A DNA stretch of 63,637 nt, counting the filler. It is 16 parts of 16 records of this genome, joined end to end, with 100 filler letters (N's around TTAATTAATTAA, not from the genome) between each part and the next. Parts side by side here need not be neighbours in the genome. Positions count along the whole stretch, not along the records: positions 20,298 to 24,224 come from SRR9670534_453; positions 24,325 to 26,669 come from SRR9670534_455; positions 26,770 to 38,871 come from SRR9670534_456; 13 more parts are not named here. One strand, given 5' to 3'. The position numbers and the translations under genes are program-made. The notes beneath the pieces were generated by a model. The model had not been told where the DNA came from. It saw nothing but the letters and a program-made list of their open reading frames with translations, and did not search any database. Positions 22,050 through 34,248 of the stretch are shown piece by piece; positions within the stretch are counted from its first letter, which is position 1; each line of letters begins with the position of its first letter.

Positions 22050-24104
22050 ATGAATGCAGAGGACGTTTTGTATTTGGAAACAGAGGAGCATTCGTTAGAC
22101 TCCATTATTTGGTTTATTTTTTATGATTGCTCTCTTTATCAAGATAGCTACGTGAAATGGGAACAAATATTTGGCTGCCAACCAGTGGATTTCAACATAA
22201 AAGCCTGGTGGAAAAATACAATTTATGACAATTTTTTTTCTAAGAATAAAAGAAATTTGCACAATCGCGTGCTATTTTTACTTGACCCTTGCCTAAAAAT
22301 GTCCATTCAGCCAAGGCAAACAAATTCTTTAATGTCAAGAAAGTTTTACATGACAGAAGCAATTGAATTTTTTAGGAGAAAATATTATGGACAAAATTCA
22401 CTTGAGGCATTGCATGAAATAGGGGCAGAACATGCACGTTTTGTCATATTTTTTCTACACGATATTGTCAAGAGAGTGTTAAATCAAAATAGTATAGTAT
22501 TGTTCCAGTCTACGGCTGATGTAGGTTATCATTTCTGTTTAAGTGCTGAAAATGTAGACCTTTATAACACTTACCGTAAGAATTGGTCTAGATATTATCC
22601 CAAAATAAGCTATCGGTGGTATGACAGTTGTTTCTATTCGTTAGAAGATGAATTTGATGATTTTTTACTGGCTTTGGAGTTGGAGAGTGAAGACAATGAA
22701 ATAGAAATTCTATACCTGTTGATGACTGCAGGTGAAAGCATTGCTCAAGGAGAAGAAGCTTTAAATGAACTATTGTTTTTGGAGTATGATTCAGAAGCAC
22801 TTATTGATCTTTATTCAAGCACCAGTAATGAAGATAAAGTAAAGATAAAATACAAGTATAGATGTCGTTATCAAAATATCATGGTAAAACATTACCTGCA
22901 GCTCACCTTTATGAAAAACATTTACTTGCAACTATTTCCATTTGAGGCTAAAAAATCTTGTATTTCTTCTGATGATTTTGCAGCTTTAAACAAAACCAAG
23001 ATTGCACAAGGTTCTGAAGCAGTCATATATAAAACACCAATTGGAATAGTGAAGAAGTACAAACTTGCAAAGGGAAAATTTAGCTCAAGTTGGCTTTCTA
23101 CAATGGAAATTCCATTAGCCTTAAATGAGGAATTTGATGAAGTTGTTCATATTCACCAATGGCTTTATGATGCAAGTTTATTTCCAGAAAAACTTATGAC
23201 TGGGGTTGTGGTAGAATTCTGCTCATTTGGGCCTTTAGACAATTTTAACGAAATTTTGGAAGAAAATGTTGAGAACTTGAGGTTAAAAATTTATATTAAG
23301 ACAAAGGTTCTAACAGATGCTGCATTTGGAGCATCATATTTGCAGATGAATACTGATTATAAAATAGGACATTTGGACATTAATAAAAGTAACATCTTGG
23401 TTGGTGATAAGTTTACTGGCAAAATTTCTGATATCCCTAATATGTTCAATGTTACTGATGATGAAAGAATGAGCCCATTTCCAGTTGTTTATACTACCTT
23501 ATATGCTCCACCTGAAATTGTTATAAAAGAAGAATTTGAACAATTAACAGGCCCTGATTTAGTTTGGGCTGATGCTTACAGTTTTTCTTACACTGCATAT
23601 GAGATATTTGAAAACAAAACTGTTTTTGAGTCAAAAACTGGTCATAATTTTGCAGTCACTGCAATTAAGGCCAACCCCAGAGTATGGCATAGAGAGAGGA
23701 CGAACAGTCCTCAATTCGGTGAAGCATTTCCAACTCAATTTAGGAAGCTCAGAAGTGACCTCTCAGAGGTCTTAACAAAAGGATGGCATAAAAATATGAA
23801 GAAAAGAGCCAAAATGCCCGAAATTTGGCTTATTTTTGAAGACATTCTTCAAAAGCAGTTTAATAATGCTATGGTGATGAAAAACAGAGATAAAATGGAA
23901 GTATACTTTGAACATTTTATATCAAGCTGTAATTCAATTGCATCAATTGAAGACAATATAATGATGGAATTGAACGACATTGCACCAAGTTTTGATAAAA
24001 GAATGAGATATCCCCTAGCTAGTGAATGGATGGACAATCATAATAATATATCCAGTATAACATGGGGCAGGTTGGCTCAAGCGATTGTTCATCTAATGAA
24101 ATAG
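22050..24104 (+). CDS. Intronless atypical protein kinase / probable pseudokinase with an unknown N-terminal region
   Basis: 684-aa ORF with kinase subdomains in order: IAQGSEAVIYK, IVKKY, VVVEFCSFGPL, GHLDINKSNILV, KISDIP, YAPPE, ADAYSF, KRAKM.EI. Confidence 0.8.
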   Translation: MNAEDVLYLETEEHSLDSIIWFIFYDCSLYQDSYVKWEQIFGCQPVDFNIKAWWKNTIYDNFFSKNKRNLHNRVLFLLDPCLKMSIQPRQTNSLMSRKFYMTEAIEFFRRKYYGQNSLEALHEIGAEHARFVIFFLHDIVKRVLNQNSIVLFQSTADVGYHFCLSAENVDLYNTYRKNWSRYYPKISYRWYDSCFYSLEDEFDDFLLALELESEDNEIEILYLLMTAGESIAQGEEALNELLFLEYDSEALIDLYSSTSNEDKVKIKYKYRCRYQNIMVKHYLQLTFMKNIYLQLFPFEAKKSCISSDDFAALNKTKIAQGSEAVIYKTPIGIVKKYKLAKGKFSSSWLSTMEIPLALNEEFDEVVHIHQWLYDASLFPEKLMTGVVVEFCSFGPLDNFNEILEENVENLRLKIYIKTKVLTDAAFGASYLQMNTDYKIGHLDINKSNILVGDKFTGKISDIPNMFNVTDDERMSPFPVVYTTLYAPPEIVIKEEFEQLTGPDLVWADAYSFSYTAYEIFENKTVFESKTGHNFAVTAIKANPRVWHRERTNSPQFGEAFPTQFRKLRSDLSEVLTKGWHKNMKKRAKMPEIWLIFEDILQKQFNNAMVMKNRDKMEVYFEHFISSCNSIASIEDNIMMELNDIAPSFDKRMRYPLASEWMDNHNNISSITWGRLAQAIVHLMK

Positions 24105-24484
24105 CTTGATCAAGTACAGGCAAAAATACTACTTTTTAAAATAGACACAGTGAGACAGTAGGGTGTTTCACAAAAAAATTTTGGAGAATTAAGGTGTGGG
24201 AAATAGGGCTGTTTGATAACCCACNNNNNNNNNNNNNNNNNNNNNNNNNNNNNNNNNNNNNNNNNNNNTTAATTAATTAANNNNNNNNNNNNNNNNNNNN
24301 NNNNNNNNNNNNNNNNNNNNNNNNCCCCCCCTCTATAATATTACTATAATATAGGAATATTCCATAACTAAACCGATACACTATTTACATTGTACAACGT
24401 GGTACATTGTGTTTATTACCGTATTAATGATACCTATCTATGTAATAATGTTACATAGGTATTTGGTTTAGGTACCTACTTACA

Positions 24485-24612
24485 GAATCGGCTTGTTTAT
24501 ACATTGTACATATATAATAATAGTGTAGTAGTGTACATATTATGTCGGGTTATTTGAGTATCCCATAAACAAGCCGATTCGTTATTATTAAATAAGCTGA
24601 TCGGCTTATTTT
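24485..24612. repeat. Inverted-repeat element
   Basis: GAATCGGCTTGTTTAT (24485-24500) and ATAAACAAGCCGATTC (24565-24580) form a perfect 16-bp inverted repeat, followed by the related near-palindrome AATAAGCTGATCGGCTTATT. Confidence 0.65.
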
Positions 24613-25875
24613 TGTCTGATCTTTACGGTACGTAATGTACTACATATACACTATCGAATACATATTTATGACAAAAGGATTCATCGTTTTCGTGCAACAG
24701 AATCTGTTGAAGTATGTAACAATAATGATATGTACATAGTCTACTGATGTCCGATGGTCGCTTGTATGGTAATAATATGTGTACACTGTATATGTACACT
24801 GTACATTGTACAGAGTATGTATGCTTGTATATTATGTAGTACATATGTACGCTAGTAGGTACATATATGTACTTGTAATAGGTAGATATTCAATACATGT
24901 TTTTTGCCTTGAAACAGACCTAATGTAGGCCTACTGTGTTGCATATGGTGTGTGTTTTTCTGAAAAACTTTTTCAAAAGTGTTTGAAAGCTGACAATTGT
25001 ACATTAAAAGAAATGGAGTCTGCTTAGGTATTAGGCGAAATGAAGTCTGCCAGAGTTGGTATTTTTGGAAGGATAATAAAGGAAGAAAGGCTCATCGAGA
25101 ATCCAAAAAAGCTTCGAAATAGTCAATATTTTCCAAATGTGATGAAAAAACACAAATCATCAATGGAGAAGCAGTTCAAAGTTTACATAAGAGAAACGAT
25201 CGTCGTCAACAAAGAAAAGAAGTCAAGGAAAGACATTTTATTAGAAGATAACAAGAAAAGATGTATGTACAGTACATAATTGAAACGAAGAAAATTATGA
25301 ACCGAAGGAAGAAAGATGATAATAATATACGTAGGTAGGTAAATTTCACACAAGAAAAAGTAAAGCAACGAAGACAGTTATTAGTTAGAATGATGTTATT
25401 ACAGTATTGTATTTTCACTTGTGTATGAAAACTTTCAGTTTTAGTATGGAACAACTTTGAAAGATGAGGATCAGGCATTGAATGACAGTAAACGGCAAGG
25501 ACATGATTAGTACATAATAATAAATAGTATTTATTAAATACTGTTGGATTTTTATGACATTTTATTTGTTTTACAGAAGAAGAAAAGCGATGAAATTGAG
25601 AGGAAAAAGAAAGACTCTTTCGGAAGCAGACGAGAAGAAGAAGAGGAAGAAAAGAATGATGGAAGGTAGGTGATGAATCATTTGTCACTAATACGTACCA
25701 AGAGTGCCGTGTGTTATTTACGTATCGTAAATGATGTCGAACACATACACGGTGTACGATACAATACACCACCGGGAGGAAAGAAAATAGCCACTGCGTA
25801 TGTATTTTAATATGAAAAACACTAATATTACAAACGAAACGCAAATACTGTATTATGCATTGTATAATATGCAAT

Positions 25876-26484
25876 TTACCTGTATTGAAGAGCCATGTCA
25901 TTGACATCAGGTTGGTAATCTGATAAGTTGATAAAGGGAATTTCGTTATCAGCTGTGTTGGGAGAAACTTGCAAAATGCGCCAAAGCTTTTTCTTTAAAG
26001 TTTGACATTTTTCATTGTAGGCGTTTGTTTGAATTTTAATGATTTCTTTCAAAATCCAACGATTCAAAATAAGGCAGTTAAATTTCTTTTGAAAAATTTT
26101 TAAAAATTTGGTGAAATTCAAAAATGCTTTTTTCTTCTTTCTTTCAATCAGTTTTTTGGATTTTTCCATCATAGACATCTTCATGTCAAATGTTTCTTCT
26201 TCTAGTTCATCTTGAAGATTGGTATTCACTTTGAAATTCGTGAACCGCGGGGACAATTGAAATTTATGACAAAATTCGTTAAACTTTAAATCAAGGTTAA
26301 AGGTTGCGACCTTACTTGCTTCATTTTTAATTTTATGAAGGAATTTGGCTTCTGTGGTTAATTCAAGAATGTTCTGAAAATCTGAAAATTTCTGAAAAAC
26401 CCTTTGAACTGGGTATAGTTTTGATGGGGGCTTTTCTTTGAAAATAGCCAACGCTTGTGTTATTATGTTGTTGATATTATTCAT
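25876..26484 (-). mobile_element. Penelope-like retroelement N-terminal ORF fragment
   Basis: Basic 202-aa ORF with F...C....L.PRF..FK and KKKL...(P)FINLSDY motifs typical of the region preceding the PLE reverse transcriptase; a hammerhead motif lies immediately upstream; no RT or GIY-YIG seen. Confidence 0.65.
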
Positions 26485-26534
26485 AATGCGCCAGGAAAAA
26501 CAAAATAAACTTTATTGCAACGAAATAGAATTAA

Positions 26535-26580
26535 GCAGCGAGCTTTCGATTTTATAAAAAATCATCATCAGGCAGAGTTT
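26535..26580 (-). ncRNA. Minimal type-I hammerhead ribozyme
   Basis: Minus strand reads ctctgc CTGATGA t GATTTT ttat AAAATC GAAA GC TC gc: intact core, 6-bp stem II, palindromic AGCT mini stem III; stem I is weak. Confidence 0.7.
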
Positions 26581-26782
26581 AGCTAAAAAGCCTATCATGT
26601 ATAAATAAAATACAGTATAAAGCACAATAATGAAAAAATTATCAATTTACCACACAAAATCAATAATTANNNNNNNNNNNNNNNNNNNNNNNNNNNNNNN
26701 NNNNNNNNNNNNNTTAATTAATTAANNNNNNNNNNNNNNNNNNNNNNNNNNNNNNNNNNNNNNNNNNNNTTAAATGTTGGAC

Positions 26783-26798
26783 GGGAGTGGCAACCCTG
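26783..26798 (-). mobile_element. hAT-like MITE terminus at contig start
   Basis: Reverse complement reads CAGGGTTGCCACTCCC; CAGGGTTGCCA is a common hAT-type terminal inverted repeat start. Confidence 0.4.
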
Positions 26799-27292
26799 AG
26801 TTTATATACATATATACTTACTTTTATTTTTTACTAGTAAAATACATGCCTACTGTATAATGAAAATTAGTTAGGTAGGTATTTGTACAATTTGATAATT
26901 GTACATAGTAAAAAATGCATACCTATAGTTTATGTATATCAATTGAACTATTAGTATGTATACAGAACTTCGAAATGCATCTTTTGTAGCACAAAATTTA
27001 TATTGTAATTTTCAAAATTTGTACATATTGTAATTTACAGGTTGTATAGTAGTCCTTAGTCCTTGTTAATAAGTAATATTGATGATGATGCAGTGAAAAA
27101 ATACACTTATATACCTAGGTACTTATTAATAATAAATAAATGAGAAGGATTAGTCGTTATTGCAGCTGTAAATGGTATGCAGTGCATACTATGCAAACGT
27201 ACAATGTACTATGCAGCAGCTTGCGTAGCTTATACATGTACAAAACGATAAGTGTTTTTTTAATTAGGGTATGGGTATTAATAATAATAATA

Positions 27293-30200
27293 ATGATTGA
27301 TATGGTTTCTTCTGAAGTGGGAACGGTCCGGAAGGATAATATGGGGTCAAGAATTGAGAGCTTGCTATCAGAGATGGGTTTGTTTATTGATCCTTTTTAT
27401 TATTATGTATTATCCTTTGTATTATGTATTAATATGTAATATGTACGTATCCTAGGTATAATATGTAGGTTATTATATATTATATAATAGGTATGTAATA
27501 CTGTATTGCTAATACATACCTTTTAAAAATACATAGGTAACATAATTATGTACCATGTACAGAGTATACGTAGGCTATAGGCGTATGTGTAGAGTATAGA
27601 CTTACTACCTATATTAGTACCTATGTATGTAGGCCTATGCCTTGGTATTTGATTGAAACAAAGTAGGGATTACGAACCTATCAGTATGAGTAGTAATGTT
27701 CTAGTTACCCAGGTATGTATGTACCTAGGTAAATATATGGTACATATTATTGGGTACATACCAGGTAATACCTATGTAAGTACCGTATGTAATTTGTACG
27801 ACTTTTTATACGGTTTAGTAGGCGCATAGGTACATAGTTTTTTGGGCTATGTAGCCACCGTTAGTATAGTAACAGATACCATTCCTTTTGTAGAGCAGCA
27901 GAAGTATTCAAAGTACCGTTTTGCATCTTATCGTGTTGCCTGCAAGTTAAGATTTGTTCAGAAGAAATGTCAATGTAATATGTTTTTTGTTAGATTAATT
28001 ATGTACATATGTACTATATTATCATAAATTACGACTGGGTGAATTCTACTTGCAACTTAATAGATACGTTAGTAAGTTACTAGATACATGTCAGGTATTA
28101 TTATACAGTTAGGTACATACAAGTTGTATGATACAACATTGGTAATTACATCTCTATTGACTATCATATTACATAGGTATATGTACTCATCCGTATCACA
28201 GAGCTTCTGTAGGAATTCGACGACGAATATTGCAACAATATATCTGATGATCATGATATTATAGTAATGATCACGGCCGACTGTAGGGTTCATTATGTTA
28301 CGTATACAATAGGTAGACTAGGTATGTACAATGTACATATGTATAATACATATATAGTACAGTGCAACATGACATGTTGAACATGTATGGTACATATTAC
28401 TTATTTATATTTTACATGTATAGTATAGCTGTTGGAAATTCCAACTTGGAATAATATGTAACGTTCGTTGGAATAATAGGGTATGTACATCGTAATCAAC
28501 GATGTACTATGGTCATCATAGTATGGTGGACGCTGATTTTTCCATAGACTAGTACATAGTAATATTATTAGGTATATTTGACAAATATTATTTGTACTCA
28601 ACACATGACTAAAATACAGCATACGTATTTTCTAGATAGTTTGTTATGTTTTGATACAACGCCTCAATCAGTGATTGAGTCAATCACAAACAAACAGGGT
28701 TTTCTGTTGAACATGTTATTAAACCCGTTGAGTCATTTTAAAGCCACTGCTGATGTACGTTTAAATTCGTCACCTTGTTTCCATCCGAAATGAAAAAAAA
28801 ACCCTCTATTTTAATGCCAAAAATTGAAAGCAAGACAAATGAACGCCCACTGCAATACGTCATTTACTTATGTTGATACTACGTTTTTGTATGTGGTAGT
28901 ACATCATTCACTACCACGAATTAAAAGTACAGATTGTACCCACACATCTTTTTATTCAGAAATATTTTTAATTACAATGGAAACCCTATTTATGTAGGTA
29001 TGCTATTATCTCACACTGTACGGTATTTCTTCTATGATGAATAATAATAATGAGAATAATGAAAACTCAATAATCATCGTTAGTAATAATAATATTCACT
29101 CAATTATTTCATGCTTCTTTCTCTTAACCATTATTGATGTGTTTGAGCACTTGTTCCTGTTTGATCTACGTAATTACATTTCTATTAGCATTATTTTAAA
29201 GTAGATCATTGTTTTTAGTTTACGAAATAGACCTATGGAACGTTATCGAAGCATTTAGAGAAAATGGCCTTAATACGGTAGATTTGAAATCTAGCATAAA
29301 ACACAATAAATTAAAGTCATTGATCGATTTCACATACAATTGCCTCTATAAAAGACTACCGCTAAATGCTAAAACGTCACAAGAAGAACTGGTTAAATTA
29401 CTTGAATCTTTTATATGCTATTCTTGCCGAGAAAGTGAAGTGGAATGGTACAATGCTTTTTTAGTTGTATTTTTAATTCGTTAGATGTTTTTAATTCGTA
29501 ACATGTTGGTTTTTATTTTAGGGAAATGGAAACAGTTAGTATGCTTGCCGTTAAAATTGTGTTGGTTGTTTTATGTTCAGGAAAATTAGTAGATAAATTA
29601 AAATGTAAGTCAGATTCCTGCCCAAAGTAATCTTGCCTAATAACGAAGTTAAACCCTGTCATTGAAGACTTTTAACTCTGTTATAAATATTTAGCAAGTG
29701 TAATTACATATTATCCAACGAGTTATTCCGTCAGGGAATTATTCTGAATTGGCTTAAATCCTTAGGGATTGGCAATAATAATTTGGTATAGAATAGTACC
29801 CTTCAAAAATTACTTTATTAATTGCTTTGCGCGCTATTAAGGCTGAATTTGGTCTACATTCGTTATAGTAAAGCATACAAAGCATGTCTCAATGTTAACG
29901 AGAAATGACGACAAAATTCACTCTCTAATCGCGCCATCTATTTATTATTTAACTTTTAGACTTTTTTTCACTGTTGTCTAATCAAGATGGAATGCTTCAA
30001 TTGGACTTATTTGAAAATTTTGTCAGATATTTATTTTTACTACCAAAAGCTGTTTATGAAGACCTTGCTTTTTGTTATGAGAAGGGCATGGGAAGAAAAC
30101 TTCTGGGCAATTATGCGCAGGTAGAATACATTATGAGCAATTTGATGAATTATTAATATGTTTATTGTTTTCAATACACACTCAAGCCGTAGGGTTTTGA

Positions 30201-33200
30201 ATTTCAGGATAACATTGATCAGTCTCTTTTCATAAAAGTCTTTCTGTCTGAGCCAGGACCGCAGAGCATACTTTGGTTATTAGCATTTCATAGATTATGC
30301 CAGGCAGAAAATGGTATGTATACCAACATCTGCTTTAGCTTTTATGTGTTTTTGTTATTATTAATAAAAGTAGCAGATTTTTATTAATTTTCCTCTCTAA
30401 TGAACTTTGACTTGATTAATACGATAAGTGATGTTTCATTTAGTTTTCCACCCACTTTTGTGCAATGCTTGTGAAAGAGATTCAATAATGGGTTTCAGGT
30501 ACAAATGCCAGGAATGTTCTAACTATAATTTGTGCCAAGAATGCTTTTGGATGGGAAATTCTTCTGGAAATCATAACGTGAAGCATCAAGTCAAGGAATA
30601 TTCCACCTATGTTAGAGTTTTTTAATTTTCTTATTCAACCATACAATCTAATGTATATTATGTAGCATCAAATTAAAAATTTTGAATTTAATTTTAAATT
30701 TCATAAATATCATTTATAATTTTATATTTGGTATATTGCATAATATTATATTATGATAATATGGTACTACATATTATTAAATAATACTTATACAATAATA
30801 TAATATTATTGTATAAGTATTATTTTATTATATTATTGTATATTATTATATTATTTTATTATATTATTATATTATTGTATCAATATTATTATAATATTGT
30901 CATGCTTTATCGACATCTTTTATGAATTATTGACAAGAATTTCATCATGCAGAAAACTTGTCAAAAGTATGAATGTTATGGTTTTTGATTATTATTGTAA
31001 TTTTAATGACATCTTATATAATGATAGAAATCAAAGAGGCTGTCCGGAAGTATCCGAAGATCTTTCAGATGCATTGCTCCTACCAAAGAAACATATACTG
31101 TACTTGGAGTTGCTGATGATAGATATGAGAAATACAAAGATTTCCCTTTCATAAATAACACAGGACGACCAGAACGACCATTGAATCTAACCCATATTGT
31201 GTATTATCTTTTATTAATAATTGTATTAAGTTAATACTATTATAATAGCTATAGCTATTTATCATTTACGCTCTGTTGTTTGCTATTGAAAAAAAACGCA
31301 TTTGAATTTAAATTTAACGTTACTATTTTTTCTTATTTGTTTGCATATTTTAAAAATATCTTTTCAATTTCTATGCATGTATAAAAGCATTTTAAACCTT
31401 TAGACCTGCAACTCCAGTTCCATCAACGCGTTTTGAACGTGGTGCTTCTTTACCCCCTGAAAAATCTAAGTCAGTACCCACATCACCCTATTTTGGGTTA
31501 GTGCATGAATTATTACTTCTTGTTATTAATAATGTTATTTTAAGACTATTAACGATTCGAAAATTTGAACTAATAATTTGAAATATTATAAATTATATTA
31601 TATTTTAAACTTTAAATTTTATTGTAATTTAGGATGTATTTAATTTTTAAAGTACTGTCTAGTATTCTAAACTAGATACTTTCATACTATGAGGTATATG
31701 TATGTCATAACACTTCATTTATAATATTTATTTTATTAGTAATAATATATATTATAGTAATATTATATTTGGTTAAGTAACTGTATGTATATTATTATAC
31801 ATTGTATAAATATAATTTGCTAATAATAGTGTTATGAAGGCTCATTGCCAAACTAATATTATTATAGGATAATTACAGTATGCAGCAAAACTCATTAACC
31901 TTTTCGCCTACTTTTTATGAGTGTTACTGCTATGAATTACATATGTATGTACACGATGTATGCACAGCATTCAAAGTTACTTGACAGGCAATTGATTTTT
32001 ACTTATGTATGTATATATTGCCAAAGACATATGTTCACTTGACTGTATAAGCCAATATATATTTCACTTTTAACTACTATTTTTTCAAAGTCTATTCTTT
32101 TTGTACATAAAGGCAATTATCCCTACTAGTAGTTCTTGTTAATGCAATTAATGATATTATGCTACAATATACTAGCAGCAGATCCTGAGTACTTCTTCTC
32201 ATTAGCAAAATGTGCATTTTACTAGTTGGTTCTAATTGATTGGTGAGGGAAGCATGCATAAAAGTGAATGAACCTTTCCTCAACAATCAATAACCAGCCA
32301 ACCACCATCATTCATTGCTAATGACTACAACTAGCTTGCTATTTTCCCTTTTTGGAACAATTCTTCCTTTAGGCAGTCAAACAGAAGTCATACCATGCCT
32401 TTTGGAATAACTGCTACTTCTACGGCATCGGAGCAACAACTCCTCCACCATCACAACTTATTAGCGGCCAGTAATTCTGCCAACCAAGATGAGCATAAAC
32501 TGATTGCTAGTTATGCTGCAAGACTTGCAGAATTTACCAATACTGCTTCCATTAATAATAATCATAATCAGCCACAGCAACAGCAGCCTCCTCAGTTGTT
32601 TCATCATCAGCAGCAGCTTCAACAACCTTCTGACTATCCGTCTTCATCCTCTTCTTTAATACTAGTATGTTAGAAAAGGCATTACTACCCTGGTAGAATA
32701 ATTTACTTTATTCTCCCTTTATTTGTAGACTAATCATAATAGGAAGCCAATCATGGCAAATTCTTACCCTGAACTTAATGGCAGTGATTTACTCAGTTCT
32801 CAAAGGAAGAGGGAACTCATTTCCGAACTTGAATATCAGAACAGGTACAAATGATGCTAATTAATATTTGACTTATTATTAAGTATTACTACTACAACAT
32901 CTTGTAGACAAATAATGGAAGAAATAACACGAATAAAGAGGAACGAAATGCTTATTAATGAATTGGACCCAATGGGGGCAAGTGCTACCCTTCCTATTGG
33001 GAAACAGTTTTTTCAATATACACAGGAAGATGAGACGCTATTGTCTGAGCTCAAGTTGTTGCGACAAAGAAGAGACGAGCTGGAACTCAGGATGCAGACT
33101 CTTCAGGAAAGTCGGAAGGAGTTGATGCTGCAGTTGGATACCTTAATGCAACTCCTAAGGGTATAACAGATTTTGAAGATTTTTCGAAATTTTTCTCTTT

Positions 33201-34248
33201 CTATTGTAATTATCCAATATGTTGAAATTTAAATTTAAAATTTTTAAATTTGTGGAATTTTAATTTAAAAGTTTTAAATTTAAGCATTTTTAAAAAATGA
33301 CCTTTGCACTAATCCTTTATTAGAGCCAAGGTGACTCTGTACCTGTTAGTGGACTTTCTGCAAGAAAACAACCAAATATTATGACAAATGAGTCAAATTT
33401 CTTTCCCTTCTACCCTAATCACCCAGCGATGACTAATCTTCAAGCTGATGTGGGCGATGTTCAGAGGGCGTTTGTCACTAGTCAACATGGAGGTGCGATG
33501 AATTATGGAAAAACTGAAGCTATTATGGAAAAAAGAAGAGAATTACTAACTGCTGCAGATTCCATTTCAAACACCATGGGAACCTTCGTTAAAGAACTAA
33601 GATCTGGTACAATGTTATTGTTATTTATCTACATTAATAGCAAATAATTATATGTTGGTATTATAGAATCGATAATATCGATCTTTAAAGAATTATATAT
33701 TATCAACTTGATTCCAAAAATTAATTTAAATTTACGTTTATTAATGTCACATTATGTGTGAACTGAAGATAATTTGATAGAGCTTGTATTCGAATATTAT
33801 CATTTTCTAAAATTTTTATATTTAATATATAACAATGTTGATTTTAAGGAGAATTTGACGATCCAATGCACCAAGCCAACAATAACACAAATTATCCTCC
33901 TGGTTTTTATGAGGAACTTGAGCACACAAATAAACGTTATGGCGAAATTATGGAGCAAATAGGACGACATTCCTCCAGTATTATGACAAATAGTTCTCTT
34001 GGATATGTGTAAGTGTGTAGGTACAATAATTTTATGCAAATTAGATGTAATAAGTAATTTTAGCTATTTGTTGTAGAGTTGATGATGCTGATCTGTTTAG
34101 AAGTAATCATTTATTAACTGCTGCTGGTTCAGATCATCATAACAGAACAAGCTCATCTCCTACAGTTGTGGCAATGGATCCAAGTAGCAATCCTGCAATG
34201 TATCATTCAGCAAAACTTTCACCTAAAAACGTTAGAATTACTCATTAA
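27293..34248 (+). CDS. Dystrobrevin (multi-exon, apparently complete)
   Basis: YRVACKLRFVQKKC, IDLWNVIEAFRENGL, LCSGKLVDKL, LPKAVYE, ZZ finger FHP..CNAC.RDSIMGFRYKCQECSNYNLCQECFW, PERPLNLTHIV, DEHKLIASYAARLA, LLSELKLLRQRRDELE.RM..LQESRKELM.QL, LLTAADSISNTM...VKEL. Confidence 0.95.

Noticed and set aside
25206-25907. 233-aa minus-strand ORF
   Set aside because: F/L/S/C/H-rich composition is the antisense shadow of purine-rich sequence; no motif.
27038-27052. AGGTTGTATAGT matches the 3' half of let-7
   Set aside because: The seed (TGAGGTAG) is absent and there is no precursor hairpin; it looks like a splice acceptor context.
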